Origin: Gammaproteobacteria bacterium | GTDB taxonomy: Bacteria > Pseudomonadota > Gammaproteobacteria > Eutrophobiales > Eutrophobiaceae | Reading direction: 5' to 3' | DNA length: 64,000 nucleotides | NCBI GenBank assembly: GCA_965116495.1 | Contig: OZ220696.1 | Location: forward strand, 288,001-352,000 | Part shown: piece after piece, positions 17,461 to 27,787 of the stretch | Layout of the letters: the number at the start of each line of letters is the position of its first letter | Position numbering within the stretch: position 1 is the first letter of the stretch | Position numbers and translations under genes: made by a program | Notes under the pieces: model-generated | Databases searched by the model: none | Told to the model about the DNA's origin: nothing | The model's input: only the letters and a program-made list of their open reading frames with translations

Positions 17461-18956
17461 ACAGCTTTCAGTTTTACTTTATTTTGAAAATCCTCTTTAC
17501 CCGCTGATTTTGAATCAATTCTGTCGGAAAGTCTTGCCGCTTTTTTGACAATATTCAGGGGTTCATCCCAATCGAAGTTACGATATACCGCCGCCAGGTG
17601 TGCAAAAGGAGGTGATTGTGCGAATAATTGAAAGGTAAGCCGATGGCTGGCATAGTCGGAGTTTAATAAATCACGGGCAAAAGCGAGCAATCTGCGACGG
17701 TCTTCCGAGACCCAGTTATCATTTATGCTGTAGTACTTGTCTAACCAGACTCCGCTGTCACTGTCGGTAAATGCGGCCGCATCCGGGGTGATACAGACCT
17801 GACCGCCGCAGAGCTCTCTTGTGAGGTGCATCATTTCATGTAATTGGGAGCAGGCCAGTACCCGACCTGTGTACAGAAGGGATTGATTAGGCATCAACAA
17901 ACCGCCCGGACTTTTCTGCGCCGTTGCGATTGCTGCGGTCAGGTGGGCATTAATACCTTCCCGGTAAACAGCCAGTGCAGAGAGTTTTTCCTGGACAGCC
18001 GGCTGTTTTTCCAGACCCGTCTGTCTGACATTGTACAGGGCTGCGCCAATCATCATGTCGGCCATTTTCAAATTCCGCTGTACGAAAGCGAATGCGCTGT
18101 ACCTGTGCAGGGTTGCTCGAATAAACGTTGCTGCCCTGGTATGGCGATAAAACAGCACGTTTTCCCACGGGATCAATACATCATCGAAAACAACAAGCGC
18201 GTCTATTTCATCAAACCTGTTTGACAGGGGGTAATCTTCAAGAGGCGCACGACCTGTAAAACCTGTCCGGCATATCATTTTAATGCCCTTTGACCCCAGG
18301 TTACAGATGAAGCCAACCGCATATTCTGATAGAGCCGCATTACCCCAATTTGCGATAGTAGGCTTGGTAAAGGCTTGATTGGCATAAGCTGCCGCAGTTT
18401 CATATTTGGCCCCCCTTACTACTATCCCTGCATCAGTTTCCCTGACAACATGGAGCAGCATGTCAGGGTCCTGTTCCTGCGGGGGTTTGGAACGATCTCC
18501 CTTGGGGTCGGTATTGGCGGACACATGAAAAGGATCAGTTTTTGTGATTCGATTAACATGCCGTTTAATGTTGTCTGCAAAGCGCGGGTCGACTTCGTTA
18601 AGAATATCCTGTCCATCGTATAAGGACCACACTTCTCCAACGGTTTCATCACCAACCCTGGTAACTACACCACCGATATCATTTAACACGGTATCCGTTG
18701 CCTTGCGTTTGTCATGCCAGTCCTGTTGTGTATGGGGCAGCTTGAGTGAGATCGCGTTCGTCTCCCCCTTATCATCGATGTAAGTCATAATCTGACGCGT
18801 GCTTTCATCATGCGCCATGTCATAAATACGCGCCCTGATATCGACTATCGGTTTAAATGCGGGATGGGAAGGAACATCCTTGATTTTTTCTCCATCCATG
18901 TAAACTTCACGCCCATCACGAATGGACTCGATATATTCCTTGCCAGTACGAATCAT
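17457..18956 (-). CDS. 4-hydroxyphenylacetate 3-hydroxylase (HpaB) family two-component flavin monooxygenase, oxygenase subunit
   Basis: Motifs RTGKEYIESIRDGREVY, HPAF, TDPKGDRS, GIVVRGAK and DYPLSNRFDEIDALVVFDDVLIPWE. Confidence 0.9.
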   Translation of the reverse strand: MIRTGKEYIESIRDGREVYMDGEKIKDVPSHPAFKPIVDIRARIYDMAHDESTRQIMTYIDDKGETNAISLKLPHTQQDWHDKRKATDTVLNDIGGVVTRVGDETVGEVWSLYDGQDILNEVDPRFADNIKRHVNRITKTDPFHVSANTDPKGDRSKPPQEQDPDMLLHVVRETDAGIVVRGAKYETAAAYANQAFTKPTIANWGNAALSEYAVGFICNLGSKGIKMICRTGFTGRAPLEDYPLSNRFDEIDALVVFDDVLIPWENVLFYRHTRAATFIRATLHRYSAFAFVQRNLKMADMMIGAALYNVRQTGLEKQPAVQEKLSALAVYREGINAHLTAAIATAQKSPGGLLMPNQSLLYTGRVLACSQLHEMMHLTRELCGGQVCITPDAAAFTDSDSGVWLDKYYSINDNWVSEDRRRLLAFARDLLNSDYASHRLTFQLFAQSPPFAHLAAVYRNFDWDEPLNIVKKAARLSDRIDSKSAGKEDFQNKVKLKAV

Positions 18957-19051
18957 TTACATAACTCCGTTAAAGACAGCATCACTTAGGTATTAGAGAG
19001 ATTTCTAAGCGCGGGATAGAGAGTCTAAAGGCAGGAGAGAATAAAACCAAT

Positions 19052-19065
19052 TATAAAAAATGTAT
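19052..19065. promoter_or_regulatory. Possible LysR box upstream of the monooxygenase operon
   Basis: T-N11-A pattern with ATA/TAT arms (TATAAAAAATGTAT) in AT-rich intergenic DNA near a LysR gene; weak because of the AT background. Confidence 0.25.
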
Positions 19066-19114
19066 GTCAAAGATAAAAAATAGTTTAAATATCACCTTCA
19101 TAATTATCCTTGAG

Positions 19115-20269
19115 CTACGGATGTGTCATACGGGAAATTAAATTTCCCATGAATTTTTCACCACGCAATATTTGCTCGAAGGTAATGAATTCATCCGGTT
19201 TATGTGCCTGGGCGATACTGCCCGGACCGCAAATCACGGTGGGAATATTGATACTATGAAACAGTCCGCCTTCGGTCCCAAAATCGATTTTAGCCGTATC
19301 AGATCGGGAAACAAGTGATTTTACGAAGGAGACTGCTTCACTGTCAGGATGAGTGAAGAGGCCGGGATAGGAGGTTTTTTCAATGATTGTGATATCCGTA
19401 TTCTTATGGGTTCTTCGCATCAATGGTTTAAGAACGCTATTTGCAAAATTCTTGATTTTATCCAGATAAGCCTGTGGGTCATCGTCCGGAAGATTTCTAA
19501 TCTCAAATTCAAACTCACAATTATCCGGAACAATATTCAGTAGACGCCCGCCTGAAATCGGGCCGGTATTGAGGGTCGTGTATGCAATATCATAATCCGG
19601 GTCAAACGGGCCTTTATCAGCGATCTCCTTCTGTAGAGACCGGATAAAGACGATTAATTCAGCGGCGTACTCCACCGCGTTAATCCCTTCGATTACGGCG
19701 AGCGCGGAATGGCACTCCTGTCCATCCACACAAACATGAAACGCAACTTTCCCCTTGTGACCATTGATTACCTGCATCCCGGTCGGCTCACCCACAATAC
19801 ACAATCCTGGTAAAACCAAAAAATCCTTCAGTTTGTCAATCAGACTCCTTACCCCCAAACAACCTACTTCTTCATCATATGAAAAGGACAGGTGTAAGGG
19901 CAGCTTTAAATCCAGTTTTGTCATATCCGGAATAAATGACAACACAATCGCGATGAAGCTCTTCATATCCACACAACCTCTTCCAAAAAGACGGTTGTCA
20001 TTTTCCTGTACTCTGAAAGGTTCGGTCGACCAGTCCTGCCCGTCAACCGGAACCACGTCGGTATGCCCCGAGAGCAGGATGCCGGATTGGTTCGGGTTTC
20101 CTATCGTGGCAAAGAGGTTGGCCTTCGTTTTGTCGGCATTGTAGATTAATTCGCTGGTAACCCCATATTCATCCAGGTAATTTTCTATAAACCGGATTAA
20201 CTCCAAGTTGGAAAGCCTGCTTGTTGTGTTAAAGGAAACCAGTTCCTCAATTAATTTCCTGCTTCGCAT
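19115..20269 (-). CDS. M20 ArgE-like deacylase (acetylornithine deacetylase family), HinG-like
   Basis: Motifs LSGHTDVVP, GRGCVDMK, YDEEVGCLG, VGEPT, FGTEGG and GPGSIAQAHKPDE. Confidence 0.9.
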   Translation of the reverse strand: MRSRKLIEELVSFNTTSRLSNLELIRFIENYLDEYGVTSELIYNADKTKANLFATIGNPNQSGILLSGHTDVVPVDGQDWSTEPFRVQENDNRLFGRGCVDMKSFIAIVLSFIPDMTKLDLKLPLHLSFSYDEEVGCLGVRSLIDKLKDFLVLPGLCIVGEPTGMQVINGHKGKVAFHVCVDGQECHSALAVIEGINAVEYAAELIVFIRSLQKEIADKGPFDPDYDIAYTTLNTGPISGGRLLNIVPDNCEFEFEIRNLPDDDPQAYLDKIKNFANSVLKPLMRRTHKNTDITIIEKTSYPGLFTHPDSEAVSFVKSLVSRSDTAKIDFGTEGGLFHSINIPTVICGPGSIAQAHKPDEFITFEQILRGEKFMGNLISRMTHP

Positions 20270-20330
20270 GGCGCGAATTATAGCTTATCTGGGGTGCTGA
20301 ACTGTGTAGCGGCAGTGTGGAGCGACCAAA

Positions 20331-21248
20331 TCAGGAGGCCAGGTCAGTTACATCGTTTGACTGACAAAACTCCAGAAATCTTTTTGCTACGGCAGTAGCT
20401 TGCAACCCATCAAGGTGTGCGGCGCAGACTATGCTGGGTTTCAGTTTTTCAGAGATAGGTCGCCTTACAATGGGATGATGTTCATAGGTGATGTCCGATG
20501 GAGGTCGGGTAACCAGAATGGAAACACCGAGATTCCAACCCACCAATCCACGCAATACTTCCAGCGAGGGTGCTTTGTATACAATATTCGGTTTCAGGTT
20601 GTATTCCTCAAACAGACCTAAGAAGTACTGGCGAGCCGATGAAAAATCCAGAAGCACAAACGCTTCATCCACAAGGTCATACAAAGACACGCATTCTTTG
20701 CCGGCGAGTGGGTGATCTTCTGAAAGCACGGCATAGGGCTGACCTTCCAGGATTGGAAGTACTGCTATGTCATGGGGAACACTGATGTCATACAACAGGG
20801 CGAGTTCAATCTCACCGGTTCTTAATTGTTCAATTATCCGGTCCTGATCGCCTTCTGATAAGGTGAACTCTACTTTTGGGTATTTTTCCTGAAAGCGTTT
20901 AATCAGGGTCGGCATGAATACAGGGGACAGAGGCGCGTAACTGCCGATGCTGAGTTCTCCGGACAACTCCTCACTGAGGGCCATCGCCGTGTGCTGGAAC
21001 GCTTCAGCATGCCTGACCAGGTTTCTTGCTTCTGCGAGAACTTTTTTCCCGGCTGGGGTAAGCGTAATTCCATGAGCATGGTGGCGATTTATCAAATCAA
21101 CGCCGAATTGGGTTTCCAACTTGGTAATTGCGGAAGCAATAGCCGGCTGTGCAATATGCACGTGTCTCGCAGCCTTGGTCAGACTCTCGTGTTCGGCAGT
21201 AGCGATAAAATAAGTAAGTTGCCTTAGTGTGTATTTCAGCCTCGCCAT
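20331..21248 (-). CDS. LysR-family regulator, HinK-like
   Basis: HTH YTLRQLTYF...HIAQPAIASAITKLE...RHHAHGITLTPAG; C-terminal GVSILVTRP. Confidence 0.92.
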   Translation of the reverse strand: MARLKYTLRQLTYFIATAEHESLTKAARHVHIAQPAIASAITKLETQFGVDLINRHHAHGITLTPAGKKVLAEARNLVRHAEAFQHTAMALSEELSGELSIGSYAPLSPVFMPTLIKRFQEKYPKVEFTLSEGDQDRIIEQLRTGEIELALLYDISVPHDIAVLPILEGQPYAVLSEDHPLAGKECVSLYDLVDEAFVLLDFSSARQYFLGLFEEYNLKPNIVYKAPSLEVLRGLVGWNLGVSILVTRPPSDITYEHHPIVRRPISEKLKPSIVCAAHLDGLQATAVAKRFLEFCQSNDVTDLAS

Positions 21249-21394
21249 GCTTCATCCTGTATTTGAGCCTTATGCATATCAGCATATATGAAATCGGCGT
21301 CCGGCACCATGTGATAAGTAGAGAAGGTGTCTTACTTGGTTTTTTTCAGAGATGGGGCTATGCTGGTAAAAAATACAACGCGGAGGGGTTGATA

Positions 21395-22684
21395 ATGAAC
21401 AGTTCACCTGATTTTAACGGCAAGCTCAATCTACTGGATGGCATCGATGGTTCTGCGCTCAGGTTAAGCGCCGACGATCCCCAATTTGCCGAATTCCCCA
21501 TCTCTGAATATACACGCCGTTACGCCCGTGCAATCCGCTTAATGGAAGAGTTTGACTTTGATGCGCTGCTGCTCACCCATGAACTTAATGTCCGCTATTT
21601 CTCCGGTTATCTCTCCATCTTGTGGGAATCCCGTTTCCGTTCGCTGGTCCTTATTTTGCCCCGGAACCCGAAGACAGGCCCTACGCTCCTCGTGCCCGGT
21701 CAGGAGGCCGGCAATGCTTTCGGTACTTCCTGGATACCAGATCGGGTTATCTATCCCGATCAGGAAAACATCGTGCCGTATGTCATCGAAGCGGTGCACG
21801 ATAAGGGACTCCAGACCGGACGCCTCGGGATGGAACTGGGATTTGGCCAGCGAGTGGGAATGACGCAGGAAGATATCGGGCGCCTCTATGAAGGACTTCC
21901 CGAGGCGGACATCAAGAGTGCAACGGAATTGATACAGACAGTGCGCATGATCAAATCTTCCCAGGAGATTGAACGGGTACGCAAGGCCTGTGATATTTCG
22001 CAGCGCGCCGTGGCAGAGGGATTCTCGTCACTTCATGAAGGTATGACGGAAAAAGAACTGGGTGCGGTTCTTGGCGCGGCCATGTTTCGGGAGGGCGCCG
22101 AGTTAAGCTCTCGTCCGAGCATGATGAATGTCTCCAGTTTTCCCGGCCGCCCCAAAATGGTCAATGCCCTGGCCAGCGACCATGCATTATGCCGGGGTGA
22201 CGTGGTGATGATCGACGGGGGCGCTGTCTATGGCGGATATGCGACCGACTTTATCAGGCAGGCATTTCTCGGCCCCCCGACCGATGACCAGCGCCGCTGG
22301 TTTGACGTGGCAATTGAGGCCAACAACGCCTGTATTGGCGCGGTGAAGCCGGGGGTAAGCTGCGCGGATGTTTACGAGGCCGGGATCGGCGTCTTCGAAC
22401 GTCATGGGCTGGTCGATTACAACTGCATAAACATTGTCGGTCATGCGGTCGGTATGGAAGTGCATGAACTACCGTGGCTGGGCGAGCGCGGTGTTGTTTA
22501 CAGTTCAAACACGCGCCTCGAACCTGGCATGGTATTTTGTGTTGAACCGGTCATAGCCGGAATGGATGGGCCTGAGTGGCTCGCGGGTGTTTTCATGGTG
22601 GAAGATAAACTGCTCGTCACGGAGAATGGTTGTGAGGTTCTGACCAACTCGTTATCCAAGGAGTTGTGGATTCAGGAACTCTGA
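21395..22684 (+). CDS. M24 (Xaa-Pro peptidase/creatinase-fold) metallohydrolase
   Basis: RMIKSSQEIE; full set of metal ligands in IDGG...ATD, GHAVGMEVHE, VEP and VED. ATG 21395 with a GGAGGG RBS. Confidence 0.88.
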   Translation: MNSSPDFNGKLNLLDGIDGSALRLSADDPQFAEFPISEYTRRYARAIRLMEEFDFDALLLTHELNVRYFSGYLSILWESRFRSLVLILPRNPKTGPTLLVPGQEAGNAFGTSWIPDRVIYPDQENIVPYVIEAVHDKGLQTGRLGMELGFGQRVGMTQEDIGRLYEGLPEADIKSATELIQTVRMIKSSQEIERVRKACDISQRAVAEGFSSLHEGMTEKELGAVLGAAMFREGAELSSRPSMMNVSSFPGRPKMVNALASDHALCRGDVVMIDGGAVYGGYATDFIRQAFLGPPTDDQRRWFDVAIEANNACIGAVKPGVSCADVYEAGIGVFERHGLVDYNCINIVGHAVGMEVHELPWLGERGVVYSSNTRLEPGMVFCVEPVIAGMDGPEWLAGVFMVEDKLLVTENGCEVLTNSLSKELWIQEL

Positions 22685-22693
22685 CAGCACATC

Positions 22694-23977
22694 ATGGCCA
22701 CTTTTAAGGAGTTGGTAGAGGATTACTCGCGCCACCAGGTCCCTGAACACAAAACGGTGGGTGGTATCCACATCGGCATTATTATCATTGGTGTCGGTAT
22801 CACGATAACCGCTTTCATACTGGGAAGCCAGATGGGTCTGAGGCTTGGCTTCTGGGATAGTCTCCATGCGTTCTACCTCGGCGGATTTCTGCTTGCAGTT
22901 GTTGCGGGATTTACCGGCATCGTCGGCGCCTCGACCAGACTATCCACAGCGATGATTATCAGGACGACCTTCGGTGTATCCGGGGCGAAGTTTGTCAATT
23001 CGGTCCTGATGCTGGTCATGATGGGTTGGTGCATGGTTCTCGCAGCTTTTTTCGGGGATGCGATGCACGCCGGACTCGAGACCAACTGGGGTGTCATATC
23101 ACTACCGAGAGAATTTTATATCGCGCTCGGTTCGGCCGTGATGGCGTTGATCACTGTCTTTGGATTCAAGGCGCTGGACAAGCAGTCGCTGGTCATGGTG
23201 CCAATCATGCTGGGATTCCTGTTTACTATCCTGTATCTGGCTCTGCGCCGAATGAGCCTGTCCGACATCACCAGCCTGGAAACAGCAACCGGCCCCGCTA
23301 TGGGATTGGGGGCCGCAACGTCGATAGTGGTCGGTTCATTTATCGTAGGCGCAACCATTTTTCCCGATATTTGTCGTTATGTTCGGAATCGCCCGCAGGC
23401 AGTTACCGGCTCATTTATTGCCTTTTTACTGGGTTATCCGGTTATCCTGATTTTATCCGCAGTTCCGAGCATTGCGACGGGCGAAACGGATTTGATGATT
23501 GTCGTGACCATGCTTGGGTTCAGTGTGCTCGGTTTCATTTTCCTGGTATTTGCATCACTGACAACCGGTACTTTTCAACTGTACAGCGCGTCACTGGCGT
23601 TTGCGGCCCTGGTTAAAACCGACAAATGGAAACTCGTCATTGTGATTGCCGTTATCACTACGGTTGTCGCCATATTTTTCTCAATTGACTATTTTCTGGA
23701 TTGGTTGACGTTTCTCAGCATACTAATTCCTCCGATCAGCGGAATTTACGTCACGCATCACCTGCTTACGAACCGCAGGACTGCCGGCCGGCATGCCGCT
23801 CCGGATATCTCCTTTCCTGCGTTTGGCGCTTGGATAGCCGGAACCATAGTAGCTTTCATTGCCCATAACGGCTCGTTGCAATTCACGTCGATAGCCGCTA
23901 TCGACGCAATTCTTGTCGCATCGTTCTGCTATTATTTGCTTCAGACGCTGGCAGGGAAAAATACGAACGAGACATGA
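22694..23977 (+). CDS. NCS1 / cytosine permease (CodB-like) transporter
   Basis: EDYSRHQVP, G..TRLST.MI.R.TFG and GATIFPDICRY; about 12 TM segments. Confidence 0.85.
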   Translation: MATFKELVEDYSRHQVPEHKTVGGIHIGIIIIGVGITITAFILGSQMGLRLGFWDSLHAFYLGGFLLAVVAGFTGIVGASTRLSTAMIIRTTFGVSGAKFVNSVLMLVMMGWCMVLAAFFGDAMHAGLETNWGVISLPREFYIALGSAVMALITVFGFKALDKQSLVMVPIMLGFLFTILYLALRRMSLSDITSLETATGPAMGLGAATSIVVGSFIVGATIFPDICRYVRNRPQAVTGSFIAFLLGYPVILILSAVPSIATGETDLMIVVTMLGFSVLGFIFLVFASLTTGTFQLYSASLAFAALVKTDKWKLVIVIAVITTVVAIFFSIDYFLDWLTFLSILIPPISGIYVTHHLLTNRRTAGRHAAPDISFPAFGAWIAGTIVAFIAHNGSLQFTSIAAIDAILVASFCYYLLQTLAGKNTNET

Positions 23978-24124
23978 AGTCCATAACTGAATGATTGTGA
24001 AAATAAAAATAATGTATTTAAGTTGTAACTATTATTATTGAAGTGGAGTTGTCTTATTGCACTGAGTATCTGGTAAATTGACCCTCTTGAGGATTGTTAC
24101 TACGCAATGTAATCGGGGGTAGAA

Positions 24125-26434
24125 ATGAAAAATATTGATTTTCTGGCAAAGTGGGTTGCCATACAATTATTCCGACGCTTTTCCGGCAACTTCGTACGTG
24201 CCCTGTCAATTGCGGCAGCAGGGCTGATTATCGCAACTCCATCGTATGCCCAGGGCGGTGCCTCTTTACTTGAGGAAATTATCGTAACAGCCAGAAAACG
24301 GGACGAGTCGGTGCAGAATGTCCCTATTACTATTACGGCGTGGTCCGCCGAGCAAATGGAGGCGGTTGGAATTTCTCATGCCGGCGACATTCCGTTCTAT
24401 ACACCCAATTTCACGTGGAATTCGGAATACGGGAAAACCACGCCGCAGATTTACCTGCGCGGTGTGGGAACAAATAATTTTTCTCCCATTAATACCGGTC
24501 CGGTCGCAGTATACCAGGATAATATCTATCACGGTCCAAACGTGGTTCAGGCCTTTGCAGCGTATGATCTTGATCGCGTGGAAGTGCTCAAAGGTCCGCA
24601 GGGAACCTTGTACGGTCGAAATTCTACGGCAGGGTTGGTGAATTTTATCTCCAGGAAACCTGAGATCGGCGCCGAAGCAAACGGCTACCTGAGGGCGGAG
24701 GTAGGCGAATACGAAACAACCAATTTCCAGGGGGCGGTAGGCATCCCCATTTCCGATACCGTAGCGGGACGCGCGTCTTTTGCGTTCAACAGGAACACCG
24801 GATTATGGGACAATTCGAACCCGGATTCCGGACAGGACAATGCAGGTCGATTCGACGATATCTCGGGTCGTGTTCAATTACTGATACAACCGAATGATCG
24901 CCTGTCCATACTCCTCAACGGACACTTTACTTATGCCGATCCGGATACCGAACCCTTCAAAAACATCGGTGTCGCATGTCCGCCAGGCGTCACGCCCGGC
25001 CTGACCTCTGCCGGTTCCAATTGCCCGGATTTCACGGGTTTTACCGATACGGGAGATTTTCACGAGACATTCACGACAAAGGACAAGGAGGAACTGGATG
25101 CAATCGGCGGGATTATAGATATCACGTACAATACCGGCGCATTTACTCTGACATCCATAACGGGGTTCGATTTTGTTGAACATATCCGTTTTGATGATGT
25201 GGACGGTGCGCCGACCATCAGCCTGGATGACAGCTTCGACGATGATTTCGATTACTGGAGCCAGGAAGTGCGGCTTTCGGGAGAGCATGAAAGGGTTAGC
25301 TGGCACGTCGGGGGATACTACTATTTTGAACAGAACAAGGGATATGTCACCGCCAACTTCCAGGATGTGCTCATCGCTTTGGGCGCACCGCCCGGAGGTG
25401 TCCTGTATGACCGTGCGATCGAAACAGAGAGCTACGCGGTATTCGGACAAGCGGATTACAAGGTGACGGACCAGCTTCGTATCAGTGCAGGCGTACGCTG
25501 GACGTACGAGGAAAAAACGGTTGAAAAATATGACTTTTATTTTTTTGATGATTCCAATCTGAGGGGACATATCAAGAGCGTCGACGCCATCCCGAATCCG
25601 GCGCCTGGAAACTGGCTGGTAGATCCGGTACTGGATTACGACGAACCTACCTGGCGCATTTCAGTGGACTATGCGTTTACTGAAGACCTGCTCGGTTATG
25701 CGAGTTATTCCCGCGGCATAAAGGGAAGCGAAGTAAACGGGGGCCCGGGGACGCCCAGCGACACCAACCCGATCAATCCTGAAAAACTTGATGCCTGGGA
25801 GGTCGGTATCAAGAGTGATTGGGCAGACGGACGGTTGCGCTTGAATGCGGCAGGCTTCTACTATGAATACGAGGACCAGCAGGTAAGTACTTTCATCGTC
25901 GATCCAAGCGCGGCCGGCGGGGTTCGCGCCGTACTGGATAATGCAGCAAAATCTGAAATTTACGGTGCAGAGGCCGAAATGACTTGGCGTCCTACGGATT
26001 CTTTTACCCTGTATGGCGCAGTGGGATGGACAGATGCTGAATTTGATGAATACGTATCTGCAACCGTATTGGGCGACCTGACCGGTAATCGGCCGGGATT
26101 CGTGCCGGAGTTCGAAGCAACCCTGCTGGCGAGGTATGATTTTACCCTGGGGAACGGAGGCATGTTTACTATACAGGGAGACCTGGTCCACAGGGGTGAT
26201 ATGTTTTTCCAACCTACCAACGATCCTGTGTTGGCCGAAGACGATTTTACGCTCTTTAACTTTCTTGCCAGGTACTCGTCTCCCAACGATGTGTACTCGA
26301 TCGGCCTGCGGGTGAAAAACGCGACGGACAAAAACTATCTTACCTCGGGTTTCGATGTCAGCGGTCTCGGCTTTTATGCACTCAAGGCCGGTTATCCCCG
26401 TGTAATTACCGGAGAATTTCAGTTCAATTTCTAA
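24125..26434 (+). CDS. TonB-dependent receptor 1
   Basis: TonB box LEEIIVTARKR, IYLRGVG and RVEVLKGPQGTLYGRNSTAG; terminal Phe. Confidence 0.95.
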   Translation: MKNIDFLAKWVAIQLFRRFSGNFVRALSIAAAGLIIATPSYAQGGASLLEEIIVTARKRDESVQNVPITITAWSAEQMEAVGISHAGDIPFYTPNFTWNSEYGKTTPQIYLRGVGTNNFSPINTGPVAVYQDNIYHGPNVVQAFAAYDLDRVEVLKGPQGTLYGRNSTAGLVNFISRKPEIGAEANGYLRAEVGEYETTNFQGAVGIPISDTVAGRASFAFNRNTGLWDNSNPDSGQDNAGRFDDISGRVQLLIQPNDRLSILLNGHFTYADPDTEPFKNIGVACPPGVTPGLTSAGSNCPDFTGFTDTGDFHETFTTKDKEELDAIGGIIDITYNTGAFTLTSITGFDFVEHIRFDDVDGAPTISLDDSFDDDFDYWSQEVRLSGEHERVSWHVGGYYYFEQNKGYVTANFQDVLIALGAPPGGVLYDRAIETESYAVFGQADYKVTDQLRISAGVRWTYEEKTVEKYDFYFFDDSNLRGHIKSVDAIPNPAPGNWLVDPVLDYDEPTWRISVDYAFTEDLLGYASYSRGIKGSEVNGGPGTPSDTNPINPEKLDAWEVGIKSDWADGRLRLNAAGFYYEYEDQQVSTFIVDPSAAGGVRAVLDNAAKSEIYGAEAEMTWRPTDSFTLYGAVGWTDAEFDEYVSATVLGDLTGNRPGFVPEFEATLLARYDFTLGNGGMFTIQGDLVHRGDMFFQPTNDPVLAEDDFTLFNFLARYSSPNDVYSIGLRVKNATDKNYLTSGFDVSGLGFYALKAGYPRVITGEFQFNF

Positions 26435-26532
26435 AGGGCCGGGTAACAGTAATCGAGGATTTTTCCGCTACCGGCATCGGCAGCATGAAATAGCTTGTTG
26501 CCCGGAGATGCAATCCGCGCCAAAGATTCCCC

Positions 26533-27717
26533 TTGCCGGTAAAACAGCATAACCACCTTGAGGTTAAAACCATCACCAGTGGTTGGCTGGTAACGGTTGC
26601 AGCGCTCATTGCCGGCACAGTAACAACACTCCCTAGTTACGGACTTCCATTCATCGTCGGCAGCCTTGCTGACGAATTCATATTAACGGGCAGCCAGGCA
26701 GGATGGGTTGGTACGGCGGTCATGGGAGGATTTGGAGCAGGCACACTGTTCACCATGTATTGGCAAAGCCGCTGGAAATGGCGTACTACCTGCCTGTTTC
26801 ATGTCTTGATTGCAGTCAGCTTCTATTTACTGATGCACATAGCTGACAGTATAGAAATCGCGTTACTGTTCCAGTTCGCCGGGGCAGCAGGACTGGGGGG
26901 TATATATGCCCTGGTATTGACTATTTTTTCCCGACACGACAATCCCGACCGCATGCTTGGAATGTTCATGTTCATACAGATCATCTTCACTTCGGGTTAC
27001 ATTCTGGCCTTATCGACCTTGATTTCGCGCTACGGTTCGTACGGGATATTCGGCAGTTTTGCCGCGATTTCATTACTCATTATCCCATGTTTATACTGGT
27101 TCCCAGCGGGAGACATTACTGACAACATAGACCGTAACCATGTGACACGTCCTAAATTACGGCTTGGGCTCGCGTCGATTTTCGCACTCGCATCCTTGCT
27201 TTTCTTTGGCTTGAATACGGCCGGTGTTGCTTCATTTATTGAGCGAATGGGCAAACATGCCGGTTTAAGCCTGGATCAAATCTCAGCCTATATTGCACTA
27301 GCCAACCTGGTAAGCATACTTGGCCCGGCCCTGGCAATCTGGTGGGGTGATCGATTTAATCGTCTGGTGCCGTTGTTCCTTGCCGTTGTTTGTAATGTCG
27401 TCGGTATGGGACTGCTGTGGAACGGCGGCGGTATATGGTTATATCCAATTGGTGCATCGTTGTTTTTCATTTCCTGGATGTTGGGTCTTCCATACATCTA
27501 TGCATCCATAGCTGCTCTTGATGCAACAAAGACGATAATGCCTATTGCGGCAGTTGTTCTGGTATTTGGCAGTACCCTCGCACCGACTGTTGCCGGATCA
27601 TTCGTTACTGAGAACACACTGAATGGCGTGAATCTGTACGCCATCGTCTGCATTCTGGTCTGTTATGCGATAATCATTCCTGCGCTGTTAACCATGAAGC
27701 CTGCCCGTTCACCCTGA
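26533..27717 (+). CDS. MFS transporter
   Basis: 12 hydrophobic segments and an NPDR loop; start uncertain (TTG). Confidence 0.8.
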   Translation: MPVKQHNHLEVKTITSGWLVTVAALIAGTVTTLPSYGLPFIVGSLADEFILTGSQAGWVGTAVMGGFGAGTLFTMYWQSRWKWRTTCLFHVLIAVSFYLLMHIADSIEIALLFQFAGAAGLGGIYALVLTIFSRHDNPDRMLGMFMFIQIIFTSGYILALSTLISRYGSYGIFGSFAAISLLIIPCLYWFPAGDITDNIDRNHVTRPKLRLGLASIFALASLLFFGLNTAGVASFIERMGKHAGLSLDQISAYIALANLVSILGPALAIWWGDRFNRLVPLFLAVVCNVVGMGLLWNGGGIWLYPIGASLFFISWMLGLPYIYASIAALDATKTIMPIAAVVLVFGSTLAPTVAGSFVTENTLNGVNLYAIVCILVCYAIIIPALLTMKPARSP

Positions 27718-27787
27718 TTTATTATGTTAATTCGAAGGTCATTCACCGAAATGTGTACTATCTTTCCATACAAGTGCGAGCAACGGA

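Noticed and set aside
17457-18956. Assigning hpaB or pvcC
   Set aside because: The context lacks hpa and pvc genes; only a family-level call is supported.
19115-20269. Assigning argE as an arginine biosynthesis gene
   Set aside because: No arg genes nearby; the catabolic context suggests a paralogue.
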